Below, piece after piece: positions 1 through 12,720 of a stretch of DNA of 64,000 nucleotides. The translations under genes and the position numbers were made by a program. This stretch comes from Octopus vulgaris. Lineage: Eukaryota. The stretch covers positions 44,578,001 through 44,642,000 of the forward strand of contig OX597829.1 of assembly GCA_951406725.2 (NCBI GenBank), written 5' to 3'. Within the stretch, counting starts at the first letter, position 1. Every line of letters begins with the position of its first letter. Under the pieces are notes generated by a model. It saw nothing but the letters and a program-made list of their open reading frames with translations, searched no databases and was not told where the DNA came from.

Positions 1-3000
1 CAACAGCGACGCAGCCTCCAGCCGTCACAAGGGCACCACAACACCAACACCAACAACAAAGACACCAGCCGGAGTACCACCACCATCAGCCGGAGTACCG
101 GTAGCTGTAACACCACCACCAACAGCTACTACAGCAGTAGCAGCAACAACAGAGGAACCCATAGAAAACCCCCCTTCCCAACCAAAACAACTCGGACTGT
201 TTAAGTACTGAGGTCGAGAGGGGGGAGTGGCAGACAGTCCCACCCCACCAAAAAAAAAAGAAAAAGACAGTGGAAGAAAAAGGGGGAGGCGCAAACAAGA
301 ACTTTCCAACAGCAGCAACACATGCACACACCAATCAACAACAACAATATCACTTCCACCAGCCCTACCACCTCAAACACCAACACCACCACAAACAGAT
401 TCTACAAGTACTACAAACCTCACAGACATAAATTCAGAAAATATAGACCTAATCACATACTTAAGAGACAATACAAACACCACAATGACAGACTTTGTCT
501 TCCCAACACATAACTCACCACTACCACACATACAAATTTTTTAAATGACACAACAAAATTACAACACAATAAAAACAATATTCCCGGAAGCTGTTGGGTC
601 GCTCCAAAAGACTTTCTCAAAAAGAATATATAAAAGCCCCATGGAAACACCCACACGAAAGACCAAGTGTACCACCATACCAGACAACAGTGGTAAGTAC
701 AACTCTTCGTCCTAAATTTATTTTAACATGGGGATGCTCAGAATATGTTGTATAAATGTCAGGGACCTCGGGTCGCCTTGGAAACAAGGTCACCTTTTAA
801 ATGACCTGAGGTGCTTTAGTGTAGATGTAGCAGCCACCAGTAAATCCAGACTATCGGACCCATGGGATCTCATCACCCTTATCGGTGGATACGAGATTTT
901 TCTATCTCCGTGTCGGCCGGGAGGGGGCGGCGGTGGTACTCTGGGGCTTTTCCGGAAAGGTCTGGATTTGAAAATATAGGCGGTTTTTCCTGGATCCAGA
1001 TGGTAAGTTGGTGGTCCTAGATGTGAAAAGCAGTGACGGCAGTGCTTTCACTCTGGTGCTGCGAATGCTCCGACAGGGGCAGGGTGATCTGATTACTTCA
1101 AGCGTCTGGAGGTTTTCCTGGGAACGTCTCGGACTTTAGTGTTAGTAGGGGATTGCAACGCTGTCCTAGATAGACGTTTCGATTGCGTGGGAGTATCTGA
1201 TAGTAGAGTTGGCTGTAAAAGCCTCAAAGACCTGCTCAGAAGTTTTCAATTGTCTGACAGGTACCGACTATATTACGCGAACATGCCAGTATGGACTTGG
1301 ACAAACCGCATCGTGTCATCTAGATCGTATTTGGATAGGGTATCCTATAGGCCAGCGGACAAGGATAGTATATGGTGTCCACAATTTCACATAGTCGGCT
1401 ACACATATCACAAATTTGTGATCTGTACGGTCAACTTAGATAGGCTTCATAGACAGGGTCCCGGTTACTGGAAGCTGAACACGTCGTTACCGGCGTGTGA
1501 AGCTTACAGAGACCGGATTAACGAATTAGTTAAGAGAGCGTTGACGGACGCAATTCTCAACAACGACTGGCGGTTGCTCTTACAAGGGCAATTAGAGTAA
1601 AATCAATTAGGTTTGGCAAGGCATTAGCGATAGAACGAAATAGAACAGCGGGTGATTTAGTTAGAAAGCTAGATGAGTTGCTTAGGACAAGCATCGCAAC
1701 CGACGTATTGACAGCGAGGTTAGCCCTCGACCAATTTTTCGACGCCAAACACGAAGGTTGCGTTGTTAGAGCTAAGGCACGTTCACTAAGACGAATGGTT
1801 GGACGGATAACAGGGCAGACTTCGGTGTGTACCTGGACGATCGAGGCGGAGTGCTGCGAAATGCGTATAACAGCTGCGGAGATACAGGAAGCGATGAAGA
1901 GCTGCACGAGAGGCAGATTGCCGGGTCTGGATAGTCTGCCCTACGAGCTTTATATTTCGATGCCAGACTTGTTTGCGGGCCCCTTAGCAGACGTCTACAG
2001 AAACTGTCAGCAGAATGGGAGAATTCCCGCTTTTGTCTGTCGTGGAGCGGTGACATTGCTGAGAAAGGACCCGTACTGGGGGTACATTATAGAAATTTCA
2101 GGCCCGTCACTCTGCTCAATGCAGAGTTGAAGATTTTGGCCAAGGTGTTAGCCAAGAGGTTGGTGCTTGTCATGGACAAGCCGGTTGACGAGGCACAAAC
2201 AAGCGCCATCCCAACGAGGACTATTCGCGACAACCTCCACCTTATGCGCTACATCATAGGGAGGGTGGGTAACGAAGATGGCATGGTAGGGGCTCTGATC
2301 AATTTATATCAATCTAAAGCCTTTGGTAGGGTCAACCATCAATACTTGACAGCTGTCCTTAGGGCAGCCAGTTTCGGTCCAGTTTTCTGCTTTGTACAGC
2401 GGCACTTACTCGGTTGGTCAGGTGAAAGCCATTCAGTATTTTGCGTTCGGTCCGTCAAGAGTGCCCTCTCTCATCCCTTCTCTATGTACTAACTCTTGAG
2501 CCATTACTGTGGAAGCTGGAGGCTTGAGGAGTGTCCCACGTGATCTAGGATGTGGGAGAAGTGTGTCTGCTTACGCTGACGATGTCACCGTTATAGTGTC
2601 GATCCACAGGCATATAGACCTGATTAGCGACATACTAAAAGAATATGAAGCGTTGACGGGAACGAAAATTAACGCAGAAATGTCAGTGGACTTGCAACGC
2701 GGCCCCTGGAGAGGCAAGTCCATGCTGTCCAACAGCATTGTCAAGCGCTGGACAGACGGTCCGGTTAAATTGCTGGGAATCTGGTTTTGGTTCAGATCTC
2801 CAGGTACAGAAAAACTGGGACGAGCTGTCGAGCAGGGTAGACAATCTCACCCAGCAATGGGTCGAAAGGAGGCTGTCCATGAAAGGTCGAGCGGAGGTGG
2901 CGAATGCGTACATAGCATCCGTCATCTATTACTGCTTGACCGTCATCCATTGCTCCGTTTGCTGGTTGACCAAGCTGGTACGCTCTTACTCTTCCTTTTT

Positions 3001-4169
3001 CTGTGGAAAGGGCGCGTTCCACTGGTCAGGCTTTCCTTCTGCTGTCAACAGCCGCTAAATGGAGGGCTGGGCATGCCGTGATTTATGATGCGCAGACATG
3101 CGCTCAGCCTACGGCATCTCCAGTGTTTCGTTGACGGTGAGCATGTGTGATTACCATTTGTCAGACTCACTTTTCCACAGCTCGTCTCTTTGACTGCAAA
3201 CCTGGATAAGGTGTAAACCGAAGAGGGGTGCTTGGTACCTTGAGTGCCGTGAAGAGCTCACAACCCTCCGCTAGGCGGGCAATGTGGTCGGTGGTAGTTC
3301 CACTCTAGTATTCTATAGAGTGCTAGTAGAGTGAAAGTGCGACGACGTTCTCGGTGAAACTCCGGGGATCGATGAGGATCAGCTAACCGGTCTGTTTCGG
3401 AGAACTTTCGGGCCTGGGCCTATGGATAACTTCCAGAAATTCCTCGCCTGGGTCGCTGCCTGTTTGGGATGAACTCTACAGGCACGGAAGTGCCGTCATC
3501 CGGGCCTGACCGAGGTGTGCGTAGAGCGACGAAACCGTTTTACCCGCCCTCGTCCAGTGCTCCAGTATTGCTGACCTGACCTGTGGGTTTATGTCGAAAA
3601 CCTGCTGTTGCGTGTGGGAGAGATCCGACTTTGAGCTGAATCCATAGTGAAGATTTTCCCCCGCCATTTTCCTTTGGTTGGGAGGGGTAGGCAGTTTTCA
3701 TTAGTCTGGTGGCTGTAGCGAAAGAGGTAGTATGGTGGACTCATTGGAAAGGGCTAAAGACAGACATTTTCCTCTTTGGCCAACCATCATCAACTTTTTC
3801 AAGTTTCACTTGAAAAGGAAGTTGAGGGTGGAGAAGGAAGTGTTGCCTTGTAGCAAGTTTGTTGAAAGGTGGGTGAATGCTGGAAGAATGGCCAGTGTGA
3901 AAGGACCAGTTCTGAGTATACACCTGTAAAGAAGAGAATTAAAGGAGAAGGGATCTTAAGGCTCTGTTGATCAGGCACTCTTGGCTTTTGTGGGTTTTTC
4001 AACAAGGACCTTAGAGCGCCTCTCCTTTTGGGAGTTTTAATTTATTTAATTTTTTTATTGTTTTTCAAATGTTTACATGCTATAAAACCGATTGCATCGT
4101 CTCGTTTTCCTATTATGCTGTTGCATGTCATTTAATGTCGTTCTATGTAAACCCTTGTGGCAAATAAAA

Positions 4170-4172
<3 letters not shown>
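1..4172 (+). mobile_element. Decayed L1/Tx1-type LINE: ORF1 C-terminal remnant (1-544), broken ORF2 (728-3929), 3' UTR, then (AAT)n tail
   Basis: ORF fragments give APE endonuclease motifs (LRICCINVRDL, LVGDCNAVLD, WTWTN, SYLDRV, PGYWKLN) and RT motifs (PGLDSLPYE, KILAKVLAKRL, IRDNLH, QSKAFGRV, SAYADD, GGLGMP). A Cys-rich C-terminus lies near 3500-3570. AATAAA at about 4163 is followed by (AAT)n. Confidence 0.93.
728..3929 (+). pseudogene. LINE ORF2 endonuclease/reverse transcriptase pseudogene with multiple stops and frameshifts
   Basis: Motifs are spread over ORFs 728-979, 1139-1600, 1678-2130, 2127-2492, 2509-3081, 2738-3058 and 3732-3929 in changing frames. Confidence 0.92.
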
Positions 4173-4225
<53 letters not shown>

Positions 4226-4295
4226 TTTATTGTCATCATCACCATCATCATCATCATAGTCATCACCTTCATCATTTTAATCATCATCATCATCT
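4172..4295. repeat. (AAT)n LINE tail followed by (CAT)n
   Basis: Read directly from the sequence. Confidence 0.9.
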
Positions 4296-5486
4296 TTAAT
4301 ATTTTATTTGATATGTATTTAGCATGTGTACATTGAGAACAATAAATATGTTTTTTTAATGTTTTACCGATATTTGTGTTAAGCCTTCTTTTCATCTCAC
4401 CGTTAATTTCTTACCTGGAAGCACTTTAATGTCATCTCATTAGCTGCGTTAACGGTATACCTAGCATATACTTTTCAAGCTTTTGACACTTCTAAGTAGT
4501 ATCTTATTTGCTACAGTTTGCTTTTATCTTTTGAAGGTGTCAAAAGTTCTAAATTCCAAAGAGACATTGTGTAACCGCAGTGGCAGTCGCTAATTGTTAC
4601 TCCAGCCTTCCGTTCAAACAACAAAATCACAAAACCACTGCAACAATAAGAAAAAAAAAAACGACTGTGAGGTAGGTTAAAGGTGGGCGCATTTTTTGGA
4701 GGTTTTTCTTTGTTTGTTTGTGTTTTTTTATTTGCAGTTTATTCTAATTTTTTTTTCTGTCTTTTATATCATTAAGAATGAAAAGGCGAAAATAAAGATC
4801 AAGACAAGAAACATGCACAGGTGAGTAAAGGTGACAGCTATTAAATAGAAATGCATGTGAAAATATTGGTGTCACAGCAGAGAATAACATACTAAAATAC
4901 AAAGGAATATAAGATGGTGATAATAATAAAAATAATTTCAAAGAATAAGCAAGACTAGAAAACATTTATTTTTGTTTTGTTTTTTTTTTTAAAAAAAAAT
5001 TATTGCAAAAGAAAATTTAAGAACAAAAAAAATATAAAAGGGGGGAAATAAAAAAAGAAAAAATAACAAAAACTAAAAAAAAATAAAACGTCGAGAACGA
5101 CGGGGAAGATGACAGTGACGATAAAACAGAATGCTGATGAATCAAATAATAATGATGACAAGATTTAACAGCTTTTTCTTTCATTGCCACCAGAGCCCAT
5201 TCATACATACATAAAATGCATTACAAGGGTGTTAAAAAATATGTGGAGATATGCACAGTCAGAATATATATATATATATATGTATATATATATTTATTTA
5301 AATATAGGAAGCATGAGAAAGGGGAGGAAATATTTTAAATTGTTTAAATTCTTTTTCAACTTCATAAAATTTTAGAATGTGCACACAACATAATTAAGAC
5401 CAATCAAATAAGAAAAAAAAAATCCCACTTCCAGACGGGTGAATTTGAAAAGAGCGATCACGGATCACTTCCTATTTCAATACACC

Positions 5487-5542
<56 letters not shown>

Positions 5543-5547
<5 letters not shown>

Positions 5548-5950
5548 GCTTAGCGGTATTTCGTCTGTCTTTACATTCTGAGTTCAAATTCCGCCGAGGT
5601 CGACTTTGCCTTTCATCCTTTCGGGGTCGATAAATAAAGTACCAGTCTCGCACTGGGGTCGATGTAATCGACTTAATCCTTTTGTCTGTGCTTGTTTGTC
5701 CCCTCTATATTTAGCCCTTTGTGGGCTATAAAGAAATATATATATATATATATATATAATATACTTAGCGGTATTTCGTCTGTCTTTACGTTCTGAGTTC
5801 AAATTCCGTCGAAGTCGACTTTGCCTTTCATCCTTTCGGGGTCGATAAATAAAGTACCAGTCTCGCACTGGGGTCGATGTAATCGACTTAATCCTTTTGT
5901 CTGTGCTTGTTTGTCCCCTCTATATTTAGCCCTTTGTGGGCAATAAAGAA

Positions 5951-5981
<31 letters not shown>

Positions 5982-6155
5982 GCTTAGCGGTATTTCGTCT
6001 GTCTTTACGTTCTGAGTTCAAATTCCGCCGAGGTCGACTATGCCTTTCATCCTTTCCGGGTCAATAAATTAAGTACCAGTTGCGTACTAAGGTCGATCTA
6101 ATCGACTGGCCCTCCTTCCCTAAAAATTTCGGACCTTGTGCCTTGAGTAGAAAAG
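5543..6155 (+). mobile_element. Tandem triplet of 5'-truncated family A SINEs separated by (TA)n
   Basis: Units at about 5543, 5758 and 5977 each contain B-box GAGTTCAAATTCC and GCCTTTCATCCTTTC(G/C)GGGTC(G/A)ATAAA. The third unit has the alternative tail ending GTAGAAAAG. Confidence 0.9.
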
Positions 6156-6670
6156 GGCCATGAACACTTCGGATGTTGGAATGATGAGAGAGTTACGTTT
6201 AACTGTTGGTTAAATTATAACGTATTCATAAACTTGTAAAATGAGTTTCCCCCAGCAGTCTGCGTTTTGCAAGTTGTTCGTAATTAGAGAATATCACCTC
6301 TCAAAACTGAAAGTTTACCTTAAGACTTGTCTAAATCATTCGTCTATGTGTTGTTTACTATTGTACACGTCTTATCTTTATAGGATTAGATAAGTTCTTA
6401 CACGCATTTTCAATTCTTCGTTTCATCGAGGACGTTTTTCGCTTTAAGAGAATTAATTTTACCAATTTCTTTCTCTCTTACCACTACTATGGCAGCTTAT
6501 TGTTCGTGTTTATTGTCCATCCATCCAATGACAGCAGCAACAGCAACTACAATGACAGTGCTGATGGTAGACTCTCCGGTCAAAGATAACGCATGAGTAA
6601 GCATTCAGCTTTTGCTGAATAAACCTGCACAAATGATTTGTTTATAGTGACCAAAGGTATGTGCCGTACA

Positions 6671-7019
6671 GGAGGCGCAATGGCCCAGTGGTTAGGGCAG
6701 CGGACTCGCGGTCGTAGGAGTGTTTATTGAGCGAAAACACCTAAAGCTCCACGAGGCTCCGGCAGGGGATGGTGGTGATCCCTGCTGTACTCTTTCACCA
6801 CAACTTTCTCTACTCTTACTTCCTGTTTCTGTTGTACCTGTATTTCAAAGGGCCGGCCTTGTCACTCTCTGTGTCACGCTGAATATCCCCGAGAACTACG
6901 TTAAGGGTACACGTGTCTGTGGAGTGCTCAGCCACTTTCACGTTAATTTCACGAGCAGGCTGTTCCGTTGATTCGGATCAACCGGAACCCTCGTCGTCGT
7001 AACCGACGGAGTGCTTCCA
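6671..7019 (+). mobile_element. Family C tRNA-derived SINE with the B-box region deleted
   Basis: Head GGAGGCGCAATGGCCCAGTGGTTAGGGCAGCGGACTCGCGG; near identical to the copies at 12721 and 47700 but lacking about 33 bp including GGTTTCGATTCCC. Confidence 0.92.
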
Positions 7020-7099
7020 CTATGGCAGCTTATTGTTCGTGTTTATTGTCCATCCATCCAATGACAGCAGCAGCAGCAACTACAATGACAGTGCTGATG

Positions 7100-7390
7100 G
7101 TAGACTCTCCGGTCAAAGATAACGCACGAGTAAGCATTCAGCATTTGCTGAACGACCTGCACAAATGATTTGTTTATAGTGACCAAAGGTATGTGCCGTA
7201 CATTAGCTCACTTCATTCCATCAAATCAACGTTGTCTGAACAGGTGCACAAGGGTACCACGCCTCAGGTGTTGAAGTAATCACACAAAAACGTGAGATTA
7301 AGTGTTTTGCTCAAGAACACAACACTCCACCCAGTCTAGGAATTGAAATCACGATTTCGGAAATGTGAGTAAAACACTCAAACCACTAGG
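7100..7390 (-). mobile_element. Old CORE-like tRNA SINE
   Basis: Minus strand reads CCTAGTGGTTTGAGTG...GATTTCAATTCC (degenerate A/B boxes), then the CORE-like word GTGTTCTTGAGCAAAACACTT. Confidence 0.55.
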
Positions 7391-7400
7391 TAATAGTCTC

Positions 7401-7458
<58 letters not shown>

Positions 7459-7482
7459 TATAATTATAATAATACTGCTGCT

Positions 7483-7561
<79 letters not shown>

Positions 7562-7677
7562 ATGATGATGATGACGATGATGATGATGATGATGATGACG
7601 ATGACGATGATGATGATGATGATGATTATGATGATGATGACGACGACGACGATGATGATGATGATGACGATGACGAC

Positions 7678-7721
<44 letters not shown>

Positions 7722-7725
7722 CGAC

Positions 7726-7759
<34 letters not shown>

Positions 7760-7790
7760 TTGATGATGATGATGTTGATGATGATGATGA
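7401..7790. repeat. (AAT)n-(GCT)n-(GAT)n compound microsatellite
   Basis: Read directly from the sequence. Confidence 0.95.
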
Positions 7791-8759
7791 TTTCTTCATT
7801 AACAACAATTAAGAAAAGCATTATGAACAGTACAGGACAAAACAAAAGAATTTGTGTGTATGTGTGTGAGTGTGTGTTGTGAAGGTTTTGTGTGTAAATA
7901 AGACTAACATTCGATACCCGTGAGACAGTTGGAATCGTCCGAGCAGGTTTGCGAGGCATTTGCACCCTCCTCTCCAATCTGCTAAACTCTCACACAGTCC
8001 CACTTTACATCTGAAACTCCATTTCAATCACCCACTAACACTAAAGAGTGGGACGTTCCCAGGAAAGTTTCAAGACATCTGAAGAAATCTGGTCGTCCTG
8101 CCCCTGTCAGGTCTTAGACGGCAAGGAGCCTGAAAGTATGTCTTTCGCTGCCTGCCACGTCCAGGACCACCGACTTAACCTCTGGATCAAGGAAGATCGT
8201 CCATATTGCAAGATCCAGTTTTTTCGGAACCATCACGGTGACTCCGACTCTCGCACTCGGAAGACTTGGAAATACACCTCATTATTGGAAGTCCCGTGAG
8301 TCGGAAGTTCTGGTTTCACTAATGGTCACCACGTCGACATTCAGTGCCCTGAGGTCATTGAGTAGGTAACCCCGCTTCCAAGGCAACCCCAAGGTCACGT
8401 ACAATTACGCTGCCTATTCTGTACACGACCATGTTGTCGGTAAAAGAAAAGAAAAGGAAAACTTCCTTTTTTTTTTGGAGGGGCGGATTGCCTGTCCCAC
8501 CAGTTTACTTGGGGTGTTCTAATCAGTAAATTACCAAGAATTCTCTAGGTGGTATTCCTTCGAAAATCTCCGATTTCCTATGAGAATTTGGGTTTCTATG
8601 TGTGTGTATGTGTTTTTGTGTTGTTCGAATGATATGTATGTGTGCAGGTAGGGAGATTGTGGGTGTGACAGAATATTCTTGTATAATGTTTGTGTGTTAT
8701 GTACTTCATTAATTCCTTATTTTTGTACTTGTTGCCATATAAGTACTACTTTAATATGT

Positions 8760-8975
8760 ATTTCACTACTGCCCACAAGGGGCTAAAAACAGAAGGGACA
8801 AACGGATTATGTCGATTACATCGACCCCAGGGCGTAACTGGTACTTAATTTATCGACCCCGAAAGGATGAAAAGCAAAGTCGACCTCGGCGGAATTTGAA
8901 CTCAGAACGTAACAGCAGACGAAATACGGCTACGCATTTCGCCCGGCGTGCTAACGAGTCTGCCAGCTAACCGCT
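8760..8975 (-). mobile_element. Family A SINE with 11-bp TSD
   Basis: Reverse complement of family A; CTTTAATATGT at 8749-8759 and 8976-8986. Confidence 0.92.
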
Positions 8976-9039
8976 CTTTAATATGTGTTTGTTGTTGTTG
9001 TTGTTGCTGTTGCTGTTGCTGTTTGTTTGTTTGTTTGTC

Positions 9040-9197
9040 TGTTGAGCGAAGCGGTCTTCGTCCCATTTAGTGGGAGAAGTCCGAAACGTGGTCCTTTGCT
9101 ATTCGTAAGACCCGCAGAAGAAGAGAAAGCAGGTCAACCCCCCGACACCGAGAGCATCGACGGATGGATGAATGCGCAGCATCCAGGCTCAGCGGTT
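9040..9197. repeat. GC-richer 160-bp island between (GTT)n tracts, probably a repeat fragment
   Basis: Sharp compositional break and an internal hairpin TCCCA-TTTAG-TGGGA. Single copy in the window, so family assignment is not possible. Confidence 0.35.
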
Positions 9198-9376
9198 GCG
9201 GTTGCTGTTGTTGTTGTTGTTGTTGATGCTGTTGTGATTGTTGCTGCTGTTGCGGTTGTGCGTTTCAGATGTTAGAGATGTATCGATTCAGTGTTTGTTT
9301 TGGGTATATTTGTTTTTGTTGGTTTGATTTATTTTTTCTTCCTACTTCTTGTGAGGATGAGGATTGTTGTTGTTTC

Positions 9377-9757
9377 CTCTTTTACTTGTTTCAGTCATTT
9401 GACAGCGGCCATGCTGGAGCACCACCTTTAGTCGAGCAAATCGACCCCGGGACTTATTATTTGTAAGCCCAGTACTTATTCTATCGGTCTCTTTTGCCGA
9501 ACCGCTATGTGACGGGCACGTAAACACACCAGCATCGGTTGTCAAGCAATGCTAGAGGGACAAACACAGACACACAAACATATATACATATATACGACAG
9601 GCTTCTTTCAGTTTCCGTCTACCAAGTCCACTCACAAGGCTTTGGTCGGCCCGAGGCTATAGTAGAAGACACTTGCCCAAGGTGCCATGCAGTGGGACTG
9701 AACCCGGAACCATGTGGTTGGTTAGCAAGCTACTTACCACACAACCACTCCTGCGCC
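9377..9757 (-). mobile_element. Family B tRNA-derived SINE (CORE-like word, internal TA/CA microsatellite)
   Basis: Minus strand: GGCGCAGGAGTGGTTGTGTGGTAAG...GGTTCAGTCCC (A/B boxes), CTTGGGCAAGTG, tail CATGGCCGC...TGACTGAAACAAGTAAAAGAG. Confidence 0.93.
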
Positions 9758-9889
9758 TTTGTGTCTATATATTTATTGTTCTTTCTGTCTCTTTTCCGTT
9801 TTTTTCAACTTCTACTCCTTATCACGGACCGACTCTCCCACCTGTGATGTCCAACCGCTCCCCATCGAGAAGCGGAACATCTTCGGGCG

Positions 9890-10777
9890 TTAAGAAGTGT
9901 TTGGGAAAGTCGGTGTCGGTATGATTGTTCGTGTTGGTAATGTCGCGGCTGAATCTGCTGATGGCGATGGTGGTGGTGGTGGTGCTGCTGCTGCTGTAGT
10001 CACTCGAGTTCTGGTGGCCGTTGTTGGTGGAGGGAGGAGAGCTGCCCGTATCTCTGTTTCATTCAAGCTAGGACAGAAGGCTTTTGAATGATTAGTCGAA
10101 AAGCAAATGTGGTACTTTGCTTTCCTTCCATCTAACCTGACTAGAATAATGCCGCCTCCAGGATGAAGGATCTGGTCCGGGATAGGATCCACATTGTTTT
10201 GGATCGTTTGGATGAAGAGTTCTATCGTCCCGGACCAGTTCTCCTGTTTGCTCTGATATGCTTCGAAGATTTTCGAGTTTTCCTCGATGTCTATCGTTAC
10301 TGCAGCAATTAGCCAAGGAATGGCTATTTCCGGCGGCACCTACTGAATGATCATATCGCCCAGATCTTTTGCCGCAGTAAAAAGGAAAGAAACAACAATA
10401 TAGAACTGAAAGAAACAACAGCTCTTCAATTTTGAGGGAATTCAGAGAGTGAGATTTCGCTTCCTCCTTTGCACAGAATCTAACCTCCACCATTTCATAT
10501 CTCCTTCCGCTCTGAAATATATTCCTTTAAATTCCAGACGGGACCTACAGCTTTCTGTACTTGAGTCTCTCTGGCTCTTTCTGCCCTCCTTGATTTTGAT
10601 CCGATTGTACGGTACGTCACTATGCGGCGACGTATTTAGCTTTACTGCTAACCCGTCTCTCTCAACTAACGTCTCTGGACGTTTTTCAAGTTCCTCTTCA
10701 GAGAATACAAATCTCTGAAGAAATGACTTGGTAACTCCACCGAAGGAAAAGTTTAGAGCTATTCTGAGCCGATGCAC
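9890..10777 (-). pseudogene. LINE ORF1 (gag-like, CCHC knuckle) pseudogene
   Basis: Y-x2-C-x4-H-x4-C at 10073-10114 (first Cys mutated). It lies upstream of the ORF2 start on the same strand and is frameshifted. Confidence 0.7.
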
Positions 10778-10854
10778 CCGTTTTTGTTTCTCCGTTCCTT
10801 CGTTGTTCTTATAGTTGTTGTTGTTGTTGCTTTCGTAGCTGTCATCGTCGTCAC

Positions 10855-10967
<113 letters not shown>

Positions 10968-11005
10968 CACTTTGTTGCTGTGGTTATTACTGCTGTTGCT
11001 GGTTA

Positions 11006-11240
11006 GTGGCGAGCTGGCAGAAACGTTAGCACGCCGGGCGAAAGAAATGCTTAGCGGTATTTCGTCTGCCGTTACGTTGTGAGTTCAAATTCCGCCGAGG
11101 TCGACTTTGCCTTTCATCCTTTCGGGGGTCGATAAATTGAGTACCAGTTACGCACTGGGGTCGATGTAATCGACTTAATACCTATGTCTGTCCTTGTTTG
11201 TCCGCTCTGTGTTTAGCCCCTTGTGGGGAGTAAAGAAATA
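11006..11240 (+). mobile_element. Family A SINE, full length (tRNA head plus Meta-domain-like core)
   Basis: A-box TGGCAGAAACGTTAG, B-box GAGTTCAAATTCC, core GCCTTTCATCCTTTCGGGGGTCGATAAATTGAGTACCAG resembling the MetaSINE central domain (from memory), tail CCCCTTGTGGG...AAAGAAATA. Confidence 0.92.
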
Positions 11241-11620
11241 GGTTACTTGTACTCGCACCATCCGTCACTTCGCTCACGAAAAGGGCTCTCATTGTTAACA
11301 TTTTCGAAACTGCTTGTTTTTTATTTCGAACAATGTTGTCGAAAACGGAGTCGTTGATTTTTTCCGAAGATCTTCTAAGAGGTCTTTCTCGAAAAAAATT
11401 GATCCTGCAGTCTTTTATGTCCTTTTTTTTTATATAACAAAAATGCAGCTCTCGTCTGCTTTGTTTTCTCTAGCGTTCTGTCATTTGCCGTTTGGTGACG
11501 CCCCTCATTCTCTCACCCTCTATGACATATGAGCGTCACCGTGTTTTTTTTTTTCGTGCTTTCTTCATGTTGATGGAGAAAACATTGGACGAATGTAAGC
11601 AGGACGGTTTCATCACCATG

Positions 11621-11662
<42 letters not shown>

Positions 11663-11666
<4 letters not shown>

Positions 11667-12201
11667 GCCCTGATGCAGTACCAGGCAGTGGCTCTCATGG
11701 CTTCTGATCTTAGCTGATTGGAAGTGTTATCATGTACATTGTTTTGTCTTGGTATAAAAGATGGGCTACAGCAAATATTCTGCTCAATACCACAGATTTG
11801 CTTGTCAGTTGTTTGACTTTAACCAGTTGAGCATGTCCCTTAGGGGCTGACGATATGTTCATCTCTGATCATGAGCAGAAGTAGTGGGGGAGCATCATAG
11901 CCACGTGTTGAGAGGGATTCTTTGGGGTTTGAATAATTCACCTCTGGAAACATGGGTGTTTCGTTCAACGTCCTTAAACAACCCTTATTCAGGGACCTTT
12001 TGAGCGGGATGGGTTCTAACTGGACCCCACCTGCAAGGTCATGTGCTGTTTATCTTGATATGAGATCACCATGTCGCGCACAAATGGTTGTGATGCATGT
12101 GCCTGGTGTACCTTTATCAGACGGGTAGTCATGATGGGTATATTGGGCTTCGTATATTTTACCCCAGTGTCACTTTGATGGCATGAACTGCTCTCTCACT
12201 C
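11663..12201 (+). mobile_element. Family D non-coding element embedded in (AAT)n
   Basis: Near identical to 53463-54020, with (AAT)n on both sides. Strand inferred from the truncated third copy. Confidence 0.88.
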
Positions 12202-12233
<32 letters not shown>

Positions 12234-12255
12234 TAATAATAATAATAATAACTGC

Positions 12256-12330
<75 letters not shown>

Positions 12331-12720
12331 CATCATCATTATAACAGTAACAAAAACAACTAACTTTTGATAGTTTTGATATCTTAACAAAACGCACATA
12401 ACAAGGTGTTAGCCCGAAATTACTTGACAGTTTCAGTTGTTACTTATAGCTTCAAGATGTCGAAGAAAATTGAGAGTAAAATTACGTAAGCTGCCAACTT
12501 GTCATAACTGCAGCTACGACAACAACAATTGCATCAGCGACTTCCACAAAGTTAGAAACGGCAACAGCGGAAGCAACAGAAACAATAAGAATGGTACGTC
12601 ATCTGCAGGCACCGACACTTATACCATTACATAACACCAAAATCGTGCGTTTGTGAGTCGAAGAGAATCTCTCTCCAAAAACACCGAATATAAACGCTAT
12701 TGAGGCACATGCACCAAGTA

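Larger units (their letters stand above)
7905..10800 (-). mobile_element. Second L1/Tx1-type LINE, 5' half only (ORF1, spacer, start of ORF2 endonuclease), interrupted by SINEs
   Basis: From the ATG at 8432 the minus strand reads MVVYRIGSVIVRDLG / LPWKRGYLLNDLRALNVDVVTISET ... FLGTSHSLVLVGD, homologous to 728-1270. ORF 9890-10339 carries a degenerate zinc knuckle YHICFSTNHSKAFC followed by a Pro/Thr-rich tract. Confidence 0.85.

Noticed and set aside
9040-9095. Hammerhead-like stem ending GTCCGAAACGT
   Set aside because: No CTGANGA at the required position and no helix I.
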